64,000 bases of DNA from a virus (Duplodnaviria > Caudoviricetes): the IMG/VR virus record IMGVR_UViG_3300037067_006336, positions 1 through 64,000 of that record. One strand, written 5' to 3'. The notes below the pieces were generated by a model, which was not told the DNA's origin, made no database searches, and was given only the letters and a program-made list of their open reading frames with translations. Shown piece by piece: positions 7,290 to 17,205 of this stretch (position 1 is its first letter; each line of letters starts with the position of its first letter). The position numbers and the translations under genes are program-made.

Positions 7290-9269
7290 CTATCGATTGT
7301 TCAATAATAAACGTATTTCTTCATCACTCAGGTCACGGCTGATCAGTATGGTGGTCATGTTGTTCATATTACTTTCTATCAGTGGTTTACGTAACCTTTT
7401 CTCTATTTCTTCCCTCTCGTGGTTCAAGCGGGTATTTATCTCCGTCCCGGTGTAAGTTAGAAGGTAACTCAAACCTGCCTTTATGCCAGGGTACTGGTCA
7501 ACTGCTGCCTTCATCTTCTTGGATAGGCGTTGTATCATGTCCCACACCTGGTCACCGTCTATCAATTTACGACCTTTCTCCCCGTTCTCGTGGTAGTAAC
7601 GTGTCAGTATCTCGCCTATCTCGCGGTTGTTGTACGCGAATTTCTTGCTGTCACCATCAACAGATATTACCTTGAACTCGATGCCAGTCATTAACTTGAA
7701 AAGCTTGTAATCGTACTTGTCGAATATCTTCATGTTCGTCACTTCCCTCTCGCCACTGTTCGGGTTTACCCTTGTCTTGAACAGGTTGAACAAATCTTTC
7801 AAGCTCTTCAAGTACTCCTCGTACTCGACGCGAGCCTCTATAAGCTCGTTATCATTAACCCTGTGGATGTTGTTCCACACGTCTGAATCGTACTCGCCAT
7901 CATCACCCGTGTACTCGCTCTCTGTTTTAACACTAGGTATAGGTTTTACCTCATGTATGTTATCGGATATATCGTTCATGAGGTCAACCGGGAGATCTCG
8001 TAACTCGGGGTTTGCGTTCATGAATATCTTGATTGATTTCTGTTGCTTGTGAACCATGTCAGCCATTGCGTTACGGCTTATGGTACCACCTGTGCGGGCT
8101 ATCTCGTACAGTCCCTTGCGAATCTCGTTCGAGATGTAAACATTGGCGAATCCCTGGAACGATACCGGGTTATCCTTTGTTTTCTGTATCTTGTACCACT
8201 TGTCAAGGGCGAGTGATAAACCCAGGAAACCGTACCCGCTGGCATCGTTGACGTACTGGATCAAGTTCTGCCTGGAACATATATCATACGCTATCTTGTT
8301 AACCAGCTCGATGTGGTTAGCTGCCAGCATTTCCTTCGGTTCTTCCTCCCTTACCGTGTTGTAATCGAAAATCTCGTACATGACGTTGGTTATGTCGTGT
8401 TTACCGGAAAGGGTTGACATCTCGTTTGATGCCTCGAACTTCACTGTCTCGATATCCAGTTTCAGCTTGTCAATCTTAACCACGTCCACGTTTTCTCTCA
8501 ATAGTTGTCCTATCTTGGATGTGTTCATGGTGTAGAACTGGGAAATACTCATCACATCATGGTACTTCTTGTCTATCAGGTTATCGTAGATGTGCGCCAT
8601 CAACCTGTCGTATGCCGCGCGCACGTTTGTTGTTTCCGATGCCTTCTCTAGCTGTTTAAGCATGTCATCGTCATCATCTGAATCAAGGTCTATGAAGTTC
8701 TCCGTGTCCTCGTCAACAAGTGCCGACAAACCAAGCACGCCCCTGTACTCTCGTACCAGGAACAACACGCTACTGGGGTTCGTGAACCTGAATTCCTTCT
8801 CTAGTGCATCACGTTTAGCCTTCATTTCCTTTAATTTCCCTGAGTTCCTTATCTTGTCACCAAGTTCCGTTCCACCCGTAGGTTTGGATAATACCTTCAT
8901 GAAATCCTTGCGTTGTTTGGTGAGTTCGGATATCATCTTGATACACTTCGAATGTAACTCGGGGTTAACACGGGAGTATTGTTTCGCCTCCATGTTCAAT
9001 AACCTTATCTGTGTTTCAATTGTCTTGAAACCTGGTGACGAGTTCAGGTAATGTTCTGTCCTGGTGCGTCCCATCTTGTTCATTGCCGATGTGGCTGATG
9101 AAAGCTCGGGCATACGCTCGGTTGTCCTGGTTCCCTTCAATCGTGTTACCCGCATGTCATCATTTACCCCGGCGTGTCCCGCGAAGGTATTAACGGCTTC
9201 AGCCGTGTCCATGTCAAGGAGTTGGTCTAGTTCCATGACTTTTTCACCCTTTTCCACTAAATTCTCCAT
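7290..9269 (-). CDS. Sigma-70-like RNA polymerase sigma factor with long N-terminal extension
   Basis: Region 2-like NHIELVNKIA...GFLGLSLALDKW...FQGFANVYISNEI; region 4-like NNREIGEIL...QVWDMIQRLSKKMK. Confidence 0.7.
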   Translation of the reverse strand: MENLVEKGEKVMELDQLLDMDTAEAVNTFAGHAGVNDDMRVTRLKGTRTTERMPELSSATSAMNKMGRTRTEHYLNSSPGFKTIETQIRLLNMEAKQYSRVNPELHSKCIKMISELTKQRKDFMKVLSKPTGGTELGDKIRNSGKLKEMKAKRDALEKEFRFTNPSSVLFLVREYRGVLGLSALVDEDTENFIDLDSDDDDDMLKQLEKASETTNVRAAYDRLMAHIYDNLIDKKYHDVMSISQFYTMNTSKIGQLLRENVDVVKIDKLKLDIETVKFEASNEMSTLSGKHDITNVMYEIFDYNTVREEEPKEMLAANHIELVNKIAYDICSRQNLIQYVNDASGYGFLGLSLALDKWYKIQKTKDNPVSFQGFANVYISNEIRKGLYEIARTGGTISRNAMADMVHKQQKSIKIFMNANPELRDLPVDLMNDISDNIHEVKPIPSVKTESEYTGDDGEYDSDVWNNIHRVNDNELIEARVEYEEYLKSLKDLFNLFKTRVNPNSGEREVTNMKIFDKYDYKLFKLMTGIEFKVISVDGDSKKFAYNNREIGEILTRYYHENGEKGRKLIDGDQVWDMIQRLSKKMKAAVDQYPGIKAGLSYLLTYTGTEINTRLNHEREEIEKRLRKPLIESNMNNMTTILISRDLSDEEIRLLLNNR

Positions 9270-9318
9270 TGTTCCAAATATTTAAGTTAGATATTGTATA
9301 TTTTTCCAGAATCTAAAA

Positions 9319-9507
9319 TTACATATCGTGTATTTCCTGGTTTAACATTAGACAATCCACGTATCTTATTATTTTATTTTTCAAGACATCTAAACCACCA
9401 GATTTCTCGATTTTAGATTGCTCGATGTAAAGGGAAACCTGTACCTTATTATCATTACCAGGTTTTCTCCCTGCGTTTTTTCTTTTCCCCCCGTGTGTGG
9501 TTTCCAT
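9319..9507 (-). CDS. Small DNA-binding protein (GGxRxxAGRK motif)
   Basis: HGGKRKNAGRKP N-terminus; AT-rich. Confidence 0.7.
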   Translation of the reverse strand: METTHGGKRKNAGRKPGNDNKVQVSLYIEQSKIEKSGGLDVLKNKIIRYVDCLMLNQEIHDM

Positions 9508-9662
9508 GATATTTTCCCTAAAAATTCCTCATTAATGATTTGATCCTACAAATCTACAACTATTTTTGAATTTAAATACATTTTATCTTGATTTTTTCAA
9601 GATTATCGAAAATAAATCAAATGTTTTCCATATTAATTAGATTGGTGCATCATGTACTGGTA

Positions 9663-11234
9663 TCATTTGAAAGCCGGGTTTGCATTCCCGCTCATGTTGG
9701 TTGCCGAGCTGCTGTCGGGGCTGCTTGATGAACCTGACCTTGTCACTGGTTTATCCTTCTGTACCACGGATGCCGAGATACTCTTCACACCATCCGCGAT
9801 GAAATCGTAAGTTTGACCTATGGCGTTATCAACTTCCTTCTTGTCGAAACCGAAGAATGAGAAGGCATCCCTGGAGGCATTCTTGTTTGTCTTCACCACG
9901 TTTACTGATTTAGGGGCGAAGTAAATCCTGTGTTTACCCATGTTGAAGGGCATCTCTATACCCGCCCTGCCCCTGTTCTGGGCAGGCTTCAGCTTCACCT
10001 TGGCACGCATCTTCGTCGGGAAATCGCCGTAACCCAACGCGTCGGTGGGGAACGATACTTCCACGTCCTCCAGTATCAGGTTACCTATGCACATTATGGG
10101 GTTAACAGGGTTACCGATGGTAAGGTGCCAGAACCCGGTTGGTTCCCCGGACAACAGGCTGTTCATGGTGAGTATCCCTGGTCTACCAACCTTGTCGAGA
10201 ATCTTGCCCATCGCTAGTGCCATTCCCCCTTGCATGGCTGTCTTCAACGCGTCAACCGCGGATGACTTATCACCGAAAGTCTTCAACACTGATTTCAAGT
10301 CGTTGGTAGCCTTTGATAGTATGTTGTCCATGTCGGTGGTGTTCATGTACTGGAAGCGCTGGTAGAACTGCGATGGTCTATCACCAACCCAGTACCTGGC
10401 ACCTGGCCAGAACTTCCCGTCGTTGAAGCAACATGCCAGTATATTGGCCAGGATGTCCTTCATGGCGTACTCCGGGGTACGACCGTTCTCCGACCGTAAC
10501 TCGTAATCGAACTGTATGTCGAAATTCTTCTCGAATTCCAACCCCACGTCGCGTATGTTGGTGTTGGTTATGCTGTCAACAGGACCGTATACCTTGTTCT
10601 GGTCGAATTTGGGGTCTAGCATCTTGGCGTTCTCACCCATAAGGTGATTGTTGTACAGGTTAGGGTCGAACACCGTGAAAGCTTTCTTCATGAAACCTGA
10701 TAGTCCGGCCTGATCTCCCTGCATGGTTGATTGCTCGTACTCCGCCGTTAGTTCCTTCCATTTCATCTTGAAACCGAAACCAAGGAGTTCCTCCATCTTG
10801 TTGACTTCCTGGTCGAAGTACGTCACCATCCGGGCTATGTCGGGTTCCCCCTGCGATTCCTTGTCCCATATGTTATCGGTACAAGGGTACGGGTAACGCC
10901 TAAGTGTTATCAATCGGTTAACGGGGAACCCAAGGTTCTTGCAGTACAGGAAATCATCAACATCATACCTCATAGCACGAGTTTCCATCTTGCACAGGTC
11001 AACGAATGAAAGTGCCTTGAACTTGTCACGGTTAGATGGGATATCTTTTTCCATCGCCGGGAAATCGTCCGCAAGCTTTATCAGGTGCAACTTGTTCATC
11101 ACCGAGTTGGTGATTTGGCCGTTCTTGATCTTCGATGGGTCGGCACCCTTCGGCACCACTATGTTACCGGTATTCGTGTACTCTGGTCCCGTGACGTAGT
11201 TGTTTATCCTGTCTAGTTCAACGATACATCCCAT
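9663..11234 (-). CDS. Putative baseplate/tail-tube initiator-like structural protein
   Basis: 523 aa; WHLTIGNPVNPIMCIGNL...FPTKMRAKVKL resembles tube-fold baseplate proteins. Confidence 0.45.
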   Translation of the reverse strand: MGCIVELDRINNYVTGPEYTNTGNIVVPKGADPSKIKNGQITNSVMNKLHLIKLADDFPAMEKDIPSNRDKFKALSFVDLCKMETRAMRYDVDDFLYCKNLGFPVNRLITLRRYPYPCTDNIWDKESQGEPDIARMVTYFDQEVNKMEELLGFGFKMKWKELTAEYEQSTMQGDQAGLSGFMKKAFTVFDPNLYNNHLMGENAKMLDPKFDQNKVYGPVDSITNTNIRDVGLEFEKNFDIQFDYELRSENGRTPEYAMKDILANILACCFNDGKFWPGARYWVGDRPSQFYQRFQYMNTTDMDNILSKATNDLKSVLKTFGDKSSAVDALKTAMQGGMALAMGKILDKVGRPGILTMNSLLSGEPTGFWHLTIGNPVNPIMCIGNLILEDVEVSFPTDALGYGDFPTKMRAKVKLKPAQNRGRAGIEMPFNMGKHRIYFAPKSVNVVKTNKNASRDAFSFFGFDKKEVDNAIGQTYDFIADGVKSISASVVQKDKPVTRSGSSSSPDSSSATNMSGNANPAFK

Positions 11235-11235
11235 T

Positions 11236-11727
11236 TCACTCGTGGTTTAAAATTTCATCGATATCTTGCCTCATCCTCATTATGTCATCCCTCACCTTGG
11301 TTAAATAATATTTACGTAACTCGGTAACATCATCAAGTTTCTCCCTGGTGAAGAAAGCATCAACCTTGAAACACCAGTTAGAGAAATCGAACCCATCATG
11401 AAACGATACTATCCTTGATGAATTCGATACAGTACCCCTTGATATCATGTACATGTTGGAGTTCTTGTTGTATAGATGTTTCTTCCTGGTATTGATATCC
11501 TCTAGTATCGATGTCAACATGATCATGTACGTGTTATGTAACATATCATCCATGTTGACATCGATAATAATACCGGCACCAAGTAACGGTCGATGATAAT
11601 TACCATTCGTCATGAACATGAAATAACATTCATCACCTGTCATGAGTGGTTTGTTATCATGATTGTACATGTTGATGAAAACATTACCTACTTTGGCACA
11701 TGATGCACCACTTAAATCGAGGTTCAT
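11236..11727 (-). CDS. Hypothetical protein (TCATGA-rich DNA)
   Basis: 163-aa ORF. Confidence 0.7.
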   Translation of the reverse strand: MNLDLSGASCAKVGNVFINMYNHDNKPLMTGDECYFMFMTNGNYHRPLLGAGIIIDVNMDDMLHNTYMIMLTSILEDINTRKKHLYNKNSNMYMISRGTVSNSSRIVSFHDGFDFSNWCFKVDAFFTREKLDDVTELRKYYLTKVRDDIMRMRQDIDEILNHE

Positions 11728-12758
11728 GAATGTTTGTTTTTATCGAACCTTGATAGTAACATGTCAACATCAGATAACTTCTTGAATATATCACTATCAT
11801 GATAGGTGTGTGTATTTGTATTATCGACTTCAATCATGATTGAACCAGTATCAAGGTTATTATGTCTTGAATCATTCATGATTGGTTTGATGTTAGATTT
11901 TGAATTAAACTCGATTACCTCATGATTCAACTTATCGATGATATCCATTTGTTTATCGATGACACGTTGTAATTCCTTGATAGTATCATGATCAACATGT
12001 TTAACCGTATCACCAGTATGATCAAGATGTTCATGATCTCCCAGCATAACTTCCATCAAACCCATCTTGATCATACTAATGAGATCATGTGTGTTGATGT
12101 ATTCTGCAATAAAACTAACAACATCATCATGATCAAACTCCAGCATATCGGATAGTTGTTTGACTTTCATGATGTCAAAAGGTACCTCGATACTAACACG
12201 TGTTGATCTTGTCGTGTTGTATGCCTTCATGATGATGGGTCGAATAACCTGGAACTCGTCATGTTTAACATTGTTATCTTGTTCCATCATGACATGTTTG
12301 TTTGCATCTTCCCTGATAGTATTGGTAACACGTGGTTGAGTGATCTTGGAACCTTCCTTACTCGATGTAAGTGCCTTCTCCTTGTCCATATCAGTAACGG
12401 TTCCTATTCCATCGAATATTCTTGATGGTAGTTTCCTGGTGTTCTTGATGTCCTTTTCAGTCATGATCGTATCGAAGTACACGTACCTTGATAGTATCTC
12501 CTGGCTAGACATCACCTTGTACTTGGTGGCATCATCCCTTAAAACGGTGTATCTCGCGGTGTCAATCTCTAGCGGTGAATCAGGAGGAACGTACTCCCCG
12601 TCTGATATGAACCACGCGTCTTGACCGAACTGGTCTTCAGGAGCTTGCTTCAACACGCGTATCATGTCTTTCAACGACATGTCAGTGGATGTCTGGTTCT
12701 GTGATTGCCCGCGTATCACGTAGTGACCGAGCTTGACTATGTTACCTTGATTATTCAT
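11724..12758 (-). CDS. Hypothetical protein with His-Asp-rich C-terminal half
   Basis: Likely start MNNQG at 12758 (avoids 82-nt overlap; A-rich leader). Confidence 0.7.
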   Translation of the reverse strand: MNNQGNIVKLGHYVIRGQSQNQTSTDMSLKDMIRVLKQAPEDQFGQDAWFISDGEYVPPDSPLEIDTARYTVLRDDATKYKVMSSQEILSRYVYFDTIMTEKDIKNTRKLPSRIFDGIGTVTDMDKEKALTSSKEGSKITQPRVTNTIREDANKHVMMEQDNNVKHDEFQVIRPIIMKAYNTTRSTRVSIEVPFDIMKVKQLSDMLEFDHDDVVSFIAEYINTHDLISMIKMGLMEVMLGDHEHLDHTGDTVKHVDHDTIKELQRVIDKQMDIIDKLNHEVIEFNSKSNIKPIMNDSRHNNLDTGSIMIEVDNTNTHTYHDSDIFKKLSDVDMLLSRFDKNKHS

Positions 12759-12790
12759 ATTATCTGTTTTAAAAATTTTACGCAAGCATG

Positions 12791-13222
12791 TTAATAATGT
12801 TTCCTTGAGGATATTTCCATACCCAGGGAGGCGTGTACCCTCCTTAACGATTCCGTTGTCACCGGTTCCCATATGTCATCATCATTGAAATTATCTAGTT
12901 TCGAGATGTCATCAATGACACTCGTTATTATGAATTTCATCGTTTTCAACTGGTGATCGTTGATGTTCCTGAACAGGTAAGCAGCATCGAGTATGTTGCT
13001 CTTAAGGGTGTTGTAGAACTTGTAAACCACGTGTAGTTCCTTCATGTTGAACCCGTCAACCATGAAGTTGTTCTTCATGTTAAAACAGTAATTAAGGAAC
13101 ACGAGCACGTTGTTCACGTCTCGTGCATCCATCTCATGTAACCCGTCGCAGGCCGATATCTTCCCGGTGAAATCAACGTTCACCTTCTCAATGTTTCCCA
13201 TTTCATGTTTTATTTTCCCCAT
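12791..13222 (-). CDS. Hypothetical protein
   Basis: Likely start MGKIK at 13222. Confidence 0.65.
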   Translation of the reverse strand: MGKIKHEMGNIEKVNVDFTGKISACDGLHEMDARDVNNVLVFLNYCFNMKNNFMVDGFNMKELHVVYKFYNTLKSNILDAAYLFRNINDHQLKTMKFIITSVIDDISKLDNFNDDDIWEPVTTESLRRVHASLGMEISSRKHY

Positions 13223-13482
13223 GACTCGATAACATCGAGCTGGTGTTTCTTTAATCTCATTATATACATGTACTGCACTATCGTCCTTCGGTGGGTGAAA
13301 GCAGGACGACACGCGTCGCAGAAACTCGTGGCAGGAGAATGCCTCCTGTAACTCGGGTATGTCGTGCAACCACATTTAAGGCAATGCCACTCGGTCCTGG
13401 TAGTGAAAGAATAAGGGTTGTCAGGTTTCAGGTTACCGAGCACAACCTCTAGTGACTGGTCCAGGGTTAGTTCAACTTCCAT
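13210..13482 (-). CDS. Small zinc-ribbon protein
   Basis: CLKC...CDAC. Confidence 0.65.
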   Translation of the reverse strand: MEVELTLDQSLEVVLGNLKPDNPYSFTTRTEWHCLKCGCTTYPSYRRHSPATSFCDACRPAFTHRRTIVQYMYIMRLKKHQLDVIESWGK

Positions 13483-13495
13483 GATGCATTAGTAT

Positions 13496-13537
13496 AAAAA
13501 TAAAAGGGAGGTTCAATTTAACTTGAACCGCCCTTAT
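13496..13537 (-). terminator. Terminator after the major capsid gene
   Basis: AGGGAGGTTCAA-tttaac-TTGAACCGCCCT with A-tract. Confidence 0.75.
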
Positions 13538-13560
13538 TTACATGTTATTTAAAACCGGTA

Positions 13561-15444
13561 CTAGGCCCAGTTGTTGTCGTTGATGAACACCCCGACGTAG
13601 TAGTTCAACTCAGGGTAGAAACCGATATCAGCTATCGCGAAACGAGACCACACGCGGATTAATTCAGCCATTGTGGTAGGGTCAATCGTCTGGCGTGAAG
13701 CTGCAAGGTCATATGCCAGGAATTTAGAACCTGGATCCTTGTCATCACCACGGCGACCGAACAAGATACGTGGGTCGCGGAACCTGATCTTGGGGTTCTT
13801 GTAGACGTTGACCGATTCGAATATCGTGCCGGCGTACTGTAATTCGGGTGATGTTTTCATCGAGGTTACCGATGGACAAACAGAATATGACGCGTGTTTC
13901 TTCAGTGTGGCACACATGGTTCCACCAGCCACCAGGAAGTCGTAACAACCGATGCGGTTCTGGTAGCTGCCGAACTCGACGATCTCGAGGATACGCGAGT
14001 AAAGGCGTTCCGCGTGGGTAGTCTGGTTCTCGTAACCTGCCGACGTGATGGAGTTGGTGATGTCACCCATGTCATCGCGTCTGTCAGTTCCCGTCATGTC
14101 CTGGAACACCACGTCAACGGCACTCATGTCCTTGGTGGTGGTGGCAGGTGCGCTGATGAATAACGAGAAGTTCTCACCCTGCGACTGGTACACGTTAACC
14201 GCGTGTTGGACACCCATGCGGTACAGGTGTGTCAAGATAACCTCGTCGAGAGATTGGATTAACTGGTTCTGCACACCGGTGTACAGGTGCGATATCACGT
14301 TGACACCAACGGCCGCCATGTCCTTTATCTGGATGTTAGTGGTGTTTGCCTCGATCTCGAGCCCTACCATTTCAATCTGCTTGTCAAGGGTCACTACTTG
14401 CAGGCGGTGGATAGGTCCCTTCTCTTGCTGGGCACGTGCCATCCCGCCGAGCGAGTTGTTATTGGATGCAGCCTCGGCGATGTTCGTGCGAACGGCAGAA
14501 GCGTAACCGATCGTCAATGCTGCTTTCGCATGGTCGATTGCTGTTCCATCAGTATTATCGGTGATGGTATCACCGGTACCGGCACCAGCCCATACTCTTG
14601 CCCCTGTTTCAAGGTTGACAGCATCGATCACTGCCTTGATGGTAACGCTGTTATCCCATGTGTATGTGATCGTGCTGGTTTCAATCGTAGACGTGCCCGT
14701 GGCAAGTACTTCAACAGTCATAGCGGGGTGAACAAGAGAGCCCAGCATGAAGCGAACTTTCAATGCTTTGCCGTCGTTAGCACGGATCACGACTTCAGAC
14801 GTTGCTCTTTCAAGGGCTTTAGTCTTGATGAAACTGTACGTGAACAAGTAACACACGATCTCCATGTACGATGGGTTGTAACCAAGGCGGTCGAACGTGC
14901 CACCACCGTAGACGGTATCAACGTACTGGACACGCACGACGGGGGTATCGGTAGCGATGACGGGCATCAAGTCGAACCCGATGCAATTCAACGCGATGTG
15001 GTTCTGTAAACCGAATATGTAAGATGGTATATCACCGGAACCAGGTTTGTAACCGGGGTTCCATATACCGCCGGTAAGGCTGGTGGAAACACCTGGTGAA
15101 GAGAACTCTCCCATTCCCGTGATGGATTCAGACGCGCTTTCAAAGAACTTAGACAAGTTACCTATACCCTTGAAGATCTGCGAGTCCTCGAACAATGGTT
15201 TCTCACCTACCATCTCGGACACGCGGGCACGGTTAGCGTACTGGTTAGCTGCGAACGAGATTCTTTCCTTCGCTATGTTGTCACGGCCTGATGCTTTTGG
15301 AGAACCCTCGTAACGGCTTAATTCCGTTCGGAACGCGTTCTCGATAAGAGGTTTGAACTTGCCAGCCACTTTCTCCTCGAGCTGGTCGTGCTTGTAGATA
15401 GACTTTCTATCCAATACTAGTGGATTATTCATATCCTTTTTCAA
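13561..15444 (-). CDS. gp23: Major capsid protein (T4 gp23-like)
   Basis: IGFDLMPVI...YVDTVYGGG, GMARAQQE, LIQSLDEVIL, SRFAIADIGFYPE; follows portal-protease-scaffold. Confidence 0.85.
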   Translation of the reverse strand: MKKDMNNPLVLDRKSIYKHDQLEEKVAGKFKPLIENAFRTELSRYEGSPKASGRDNIAKERISFAANQYANRARVSEMVGEKPLFEDSQIFKGIGNLSKFFESASESITGMGEFSSPGVSTSLTGGIWNPGYKPGSGDIPSYIFGLQNHIALNCIGFDLMPVIATDTPVVRVQYVDTVYGGGTFDRLGYNPSYMEIVCYLFTYSFIKTKALERATSEVVIRANDGKALKVRFMLGSLVHPAMTVEVLATGTSTIETSTITYTWDNSVTIKAVIDAVNLETGARVWAGAGTGDTITDNTDGTAIDHAKAALTIGYASAVRTNIAEAASNNNSLGGMARAQQEKGPIHRLQVVTLDKQIEMVGLEIEANTTNIQIKDMAAVGVNVISHLYTGVQNQLIQSLDEVILTHLYRMGVQHAVNVYQSQGENFSLFISAPATTTKDMSAVDVVFQDMTGTDRRDDMGDITNSITSAGYENQTTHAERLYSRILEIVEFGSYQNRIGCYDFLVAGGTMCATLKKHASYSVCPSVTSMKTSPELQYAGTIFESVNVYKNPKIRFRDPRILFGRRGDDKDPGSKFLAYDLAASRQTIDPTTMAELIRVWSRFAIADIGFYPELNYYVGVFINDNNWA

Positions 15445-15490
15445 ATTAAATGTTTGGTACTGTTTTTAACTAAATTCCAGGTTAATCACG

Positions 15491-16057
15491 TTAACTTAAC
15501 CCGTAGTGCTGGCGCAATGATTGCTTTAGGTCGGCTTGTTTCTGCTTCTTCTTTTCATCCGCGGCTTTCTGCTGTTCCTTGGCTTTCTCTTGCTCTTTCA
15601 CCTTTGGTTCATCTTCTTTCTCCTTCTGGTGTTTGTCTTGCAAGTCTTTAAGCTGCTTGGATTGCTGTTGTTTCAACTGTTGCATTTCCTTCTGGTGCTT
15701 CTCGTCGATTTTTTCCTTGTCACCTTTTTGTTTCTGCTGTTGTTTCAACTGTTGCATTTCCTTCTGCTTCTGTTCTTTCTTCTGCTGCTCTTTCTGGCTC
15801 TCGAACAACCCCTGTAATCCTTGCTGTTCATCATCGAATTCGAAATCATCAGGATCAGTATCGTCATCTTGATCAAGGTCATCGAAACCCTGGTCATCGA
15901 AGTCGAAATCATCATCCTCGAACATGAACCCGTCTTCTTGTTCCGACTCGTTCATGTTTTGCAGTTCTATTGAATCTACCCCTTGTATCTCCAGGGTAGC
16001 TTCAGTTTCATTGGATTGTGCGATCGCGTGCAACGCGAATCCTTTCATTCCTGACAT
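15491..16057 (-). CDS. Acidic, Q/K-rich prohead core/scaffold-like protein
   Basis: Between protease and capsid; low complexity; 32-bp direct repeat 15663-15694/15735-15766. Confidence 0.55.
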   Translation of the reverse strand: MSGMKGFALHAIAQSNETEATLEIQGVDSIELQNMNESEQEDGFMFEDDDFDFDDQGFDDLDQDDDTDPDDFEFDDEQQGLQGLFESQKEQQKKEQKQKEMQQLKQQQKQKGDKEKIDEKHQKEMQQLKQQQSKQLKDLQDKHQKEKEDEPKVKEQEKAKEQQKAADEKKKQKQADLKQSLRQHYGLS

Positions 16058-16105
16058 GTTAATAGATTTAATTGTTATGGACTAGTTAATAGAATATTTA
16101 TTTAT

Positions 16106-17173
16106 TTACACGCTCGGTTCAAACGTTACCCCGCTCATGTTCTCTCCAGGGACGAAACCACCGGAACCCTCTTCATCATGGTATGACAATACCCCCTTGA
16201 AAGGTTCCCTCCGTTGTTGCGCCATATCTACCTGCTTGAAGAAACTTTCCTTGAACATGGATTGTGCCGTGTCATCAGACTCGTTCAGTTCCTTGTCGGC
16301 ACTTGATTTCATCTTCCCCTCCAACTTGTCCTGGTTCGGTACATCACCTTCCTGCATCTTCTCCTGGTCCTTTTTATCCTGGTTGCCTTCCTTTTCAGCT
16401 TCCATGAGAGGTTTCAAGGCTTGCTTGCTGAAGTACCACTGGTAGAATGGCATGAATCTCGACTCGTCACAAGACTCGAACAACGCGTACTCTGTCTTCA
16501 TTGTTGCCAGTTCATCATCGTATATGATCCCGCTGAAATACCCTAGGGTGGACAGTTTACCGTTCGGTGAACCGGTGCTCTCGTTCAGGCAGTAGAAATC
16601 AAGCAACGCGTTGGGGAAACCTGGCTTGTAAACAAGGTCGTATGTTGTTAGAACCTTGACCGAACAGTTGAAAGTGCCGTCGGGGTTCTTGGTCTCCTGC
16701 CCGGCAGCCCTGGCTGACACGGCTAGACACCCCCCGGATTTCACTATTTCTTGTGCTTTCAACCCGCCAGGGGTGTCTAGTAGTATCAACATTCCCATCA
16801 CGCACATCGTTGATGGATCGTACCATACATCGATCAACTTGTGTGACGCGTTGTTGTAGTTGGGGGTGTACTTCTCCGGGTGTTCAAGTTCACCGTAAAC
16901 ACCATGCTTGCTGAAAATCTGTTGTTTCAGAACCTGTACCATGTACAGGTACGAGTTAAGGTCGTAATACCTGAAATTGCTGTTCGGCATCCTGTTAGAC
17001 AGGTCGGCGAACACCCCCTTCAACACGATGCCCTTGTACTGCCCCCCCGTTATAGGGTTAACGAGTATCGTTGATCTTATGTCCTCGTAAGACACCATTT
17101 CAAGGGGAACGCTGCTAGATTCAACCAGTATGAACTTCCTGGGGTCTACCTTGCTTGTTTCTGTTGCTTCCAT
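16106..17173 (-). CDS. gp21: Prohead protease (T4 gp21-like)
   Basis: NFRYY, YGELEHP, ASH, LDTPGG, VSARAAG, TYDLVYKPGF. Confidence 0.9.
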   Translation of the reverse strand: MEATETSKVDPRKFILVESSSVPLEMVSYEDIRSTILVNPITGGQYKGIVLKGVFADLSNRMPNSNFRYYDLNSYLYMVQVLKQQIFSKHGVYGELEHPEKYTPNYNNASHKLIDVWYDPSTMCVMGMLILLDTPGGLKAQEIVKSGGCLAVSARAAGQETKNPDGTFNCSVKVLTTYDLVYKPGFPNALLDFYCLNESTGSPNGKLSTLGYFSGIIYDDELATMKTEYALFESCDESRFMPFYQWYFSKQALKPLMEAEKEGNQDKKDQEKMQEGDVPNQDKLEGKMKSSADKELNESDDTAQSMFKESFFKQVDMAQQRREPFKGVLSYHDEEGSGGFVPGENMSGVTFEPSV

Positions 17174-17205
17174 TTACCGTGTTTTTACACCTTATTTATC
17201 GATGG

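Noticed and set aside
14287-15009. Long + strand ORFs (also 27802..28365, 37845..38696, 57074..57613)
   Set aside because: Antisense shadows of well-supported - strand genes
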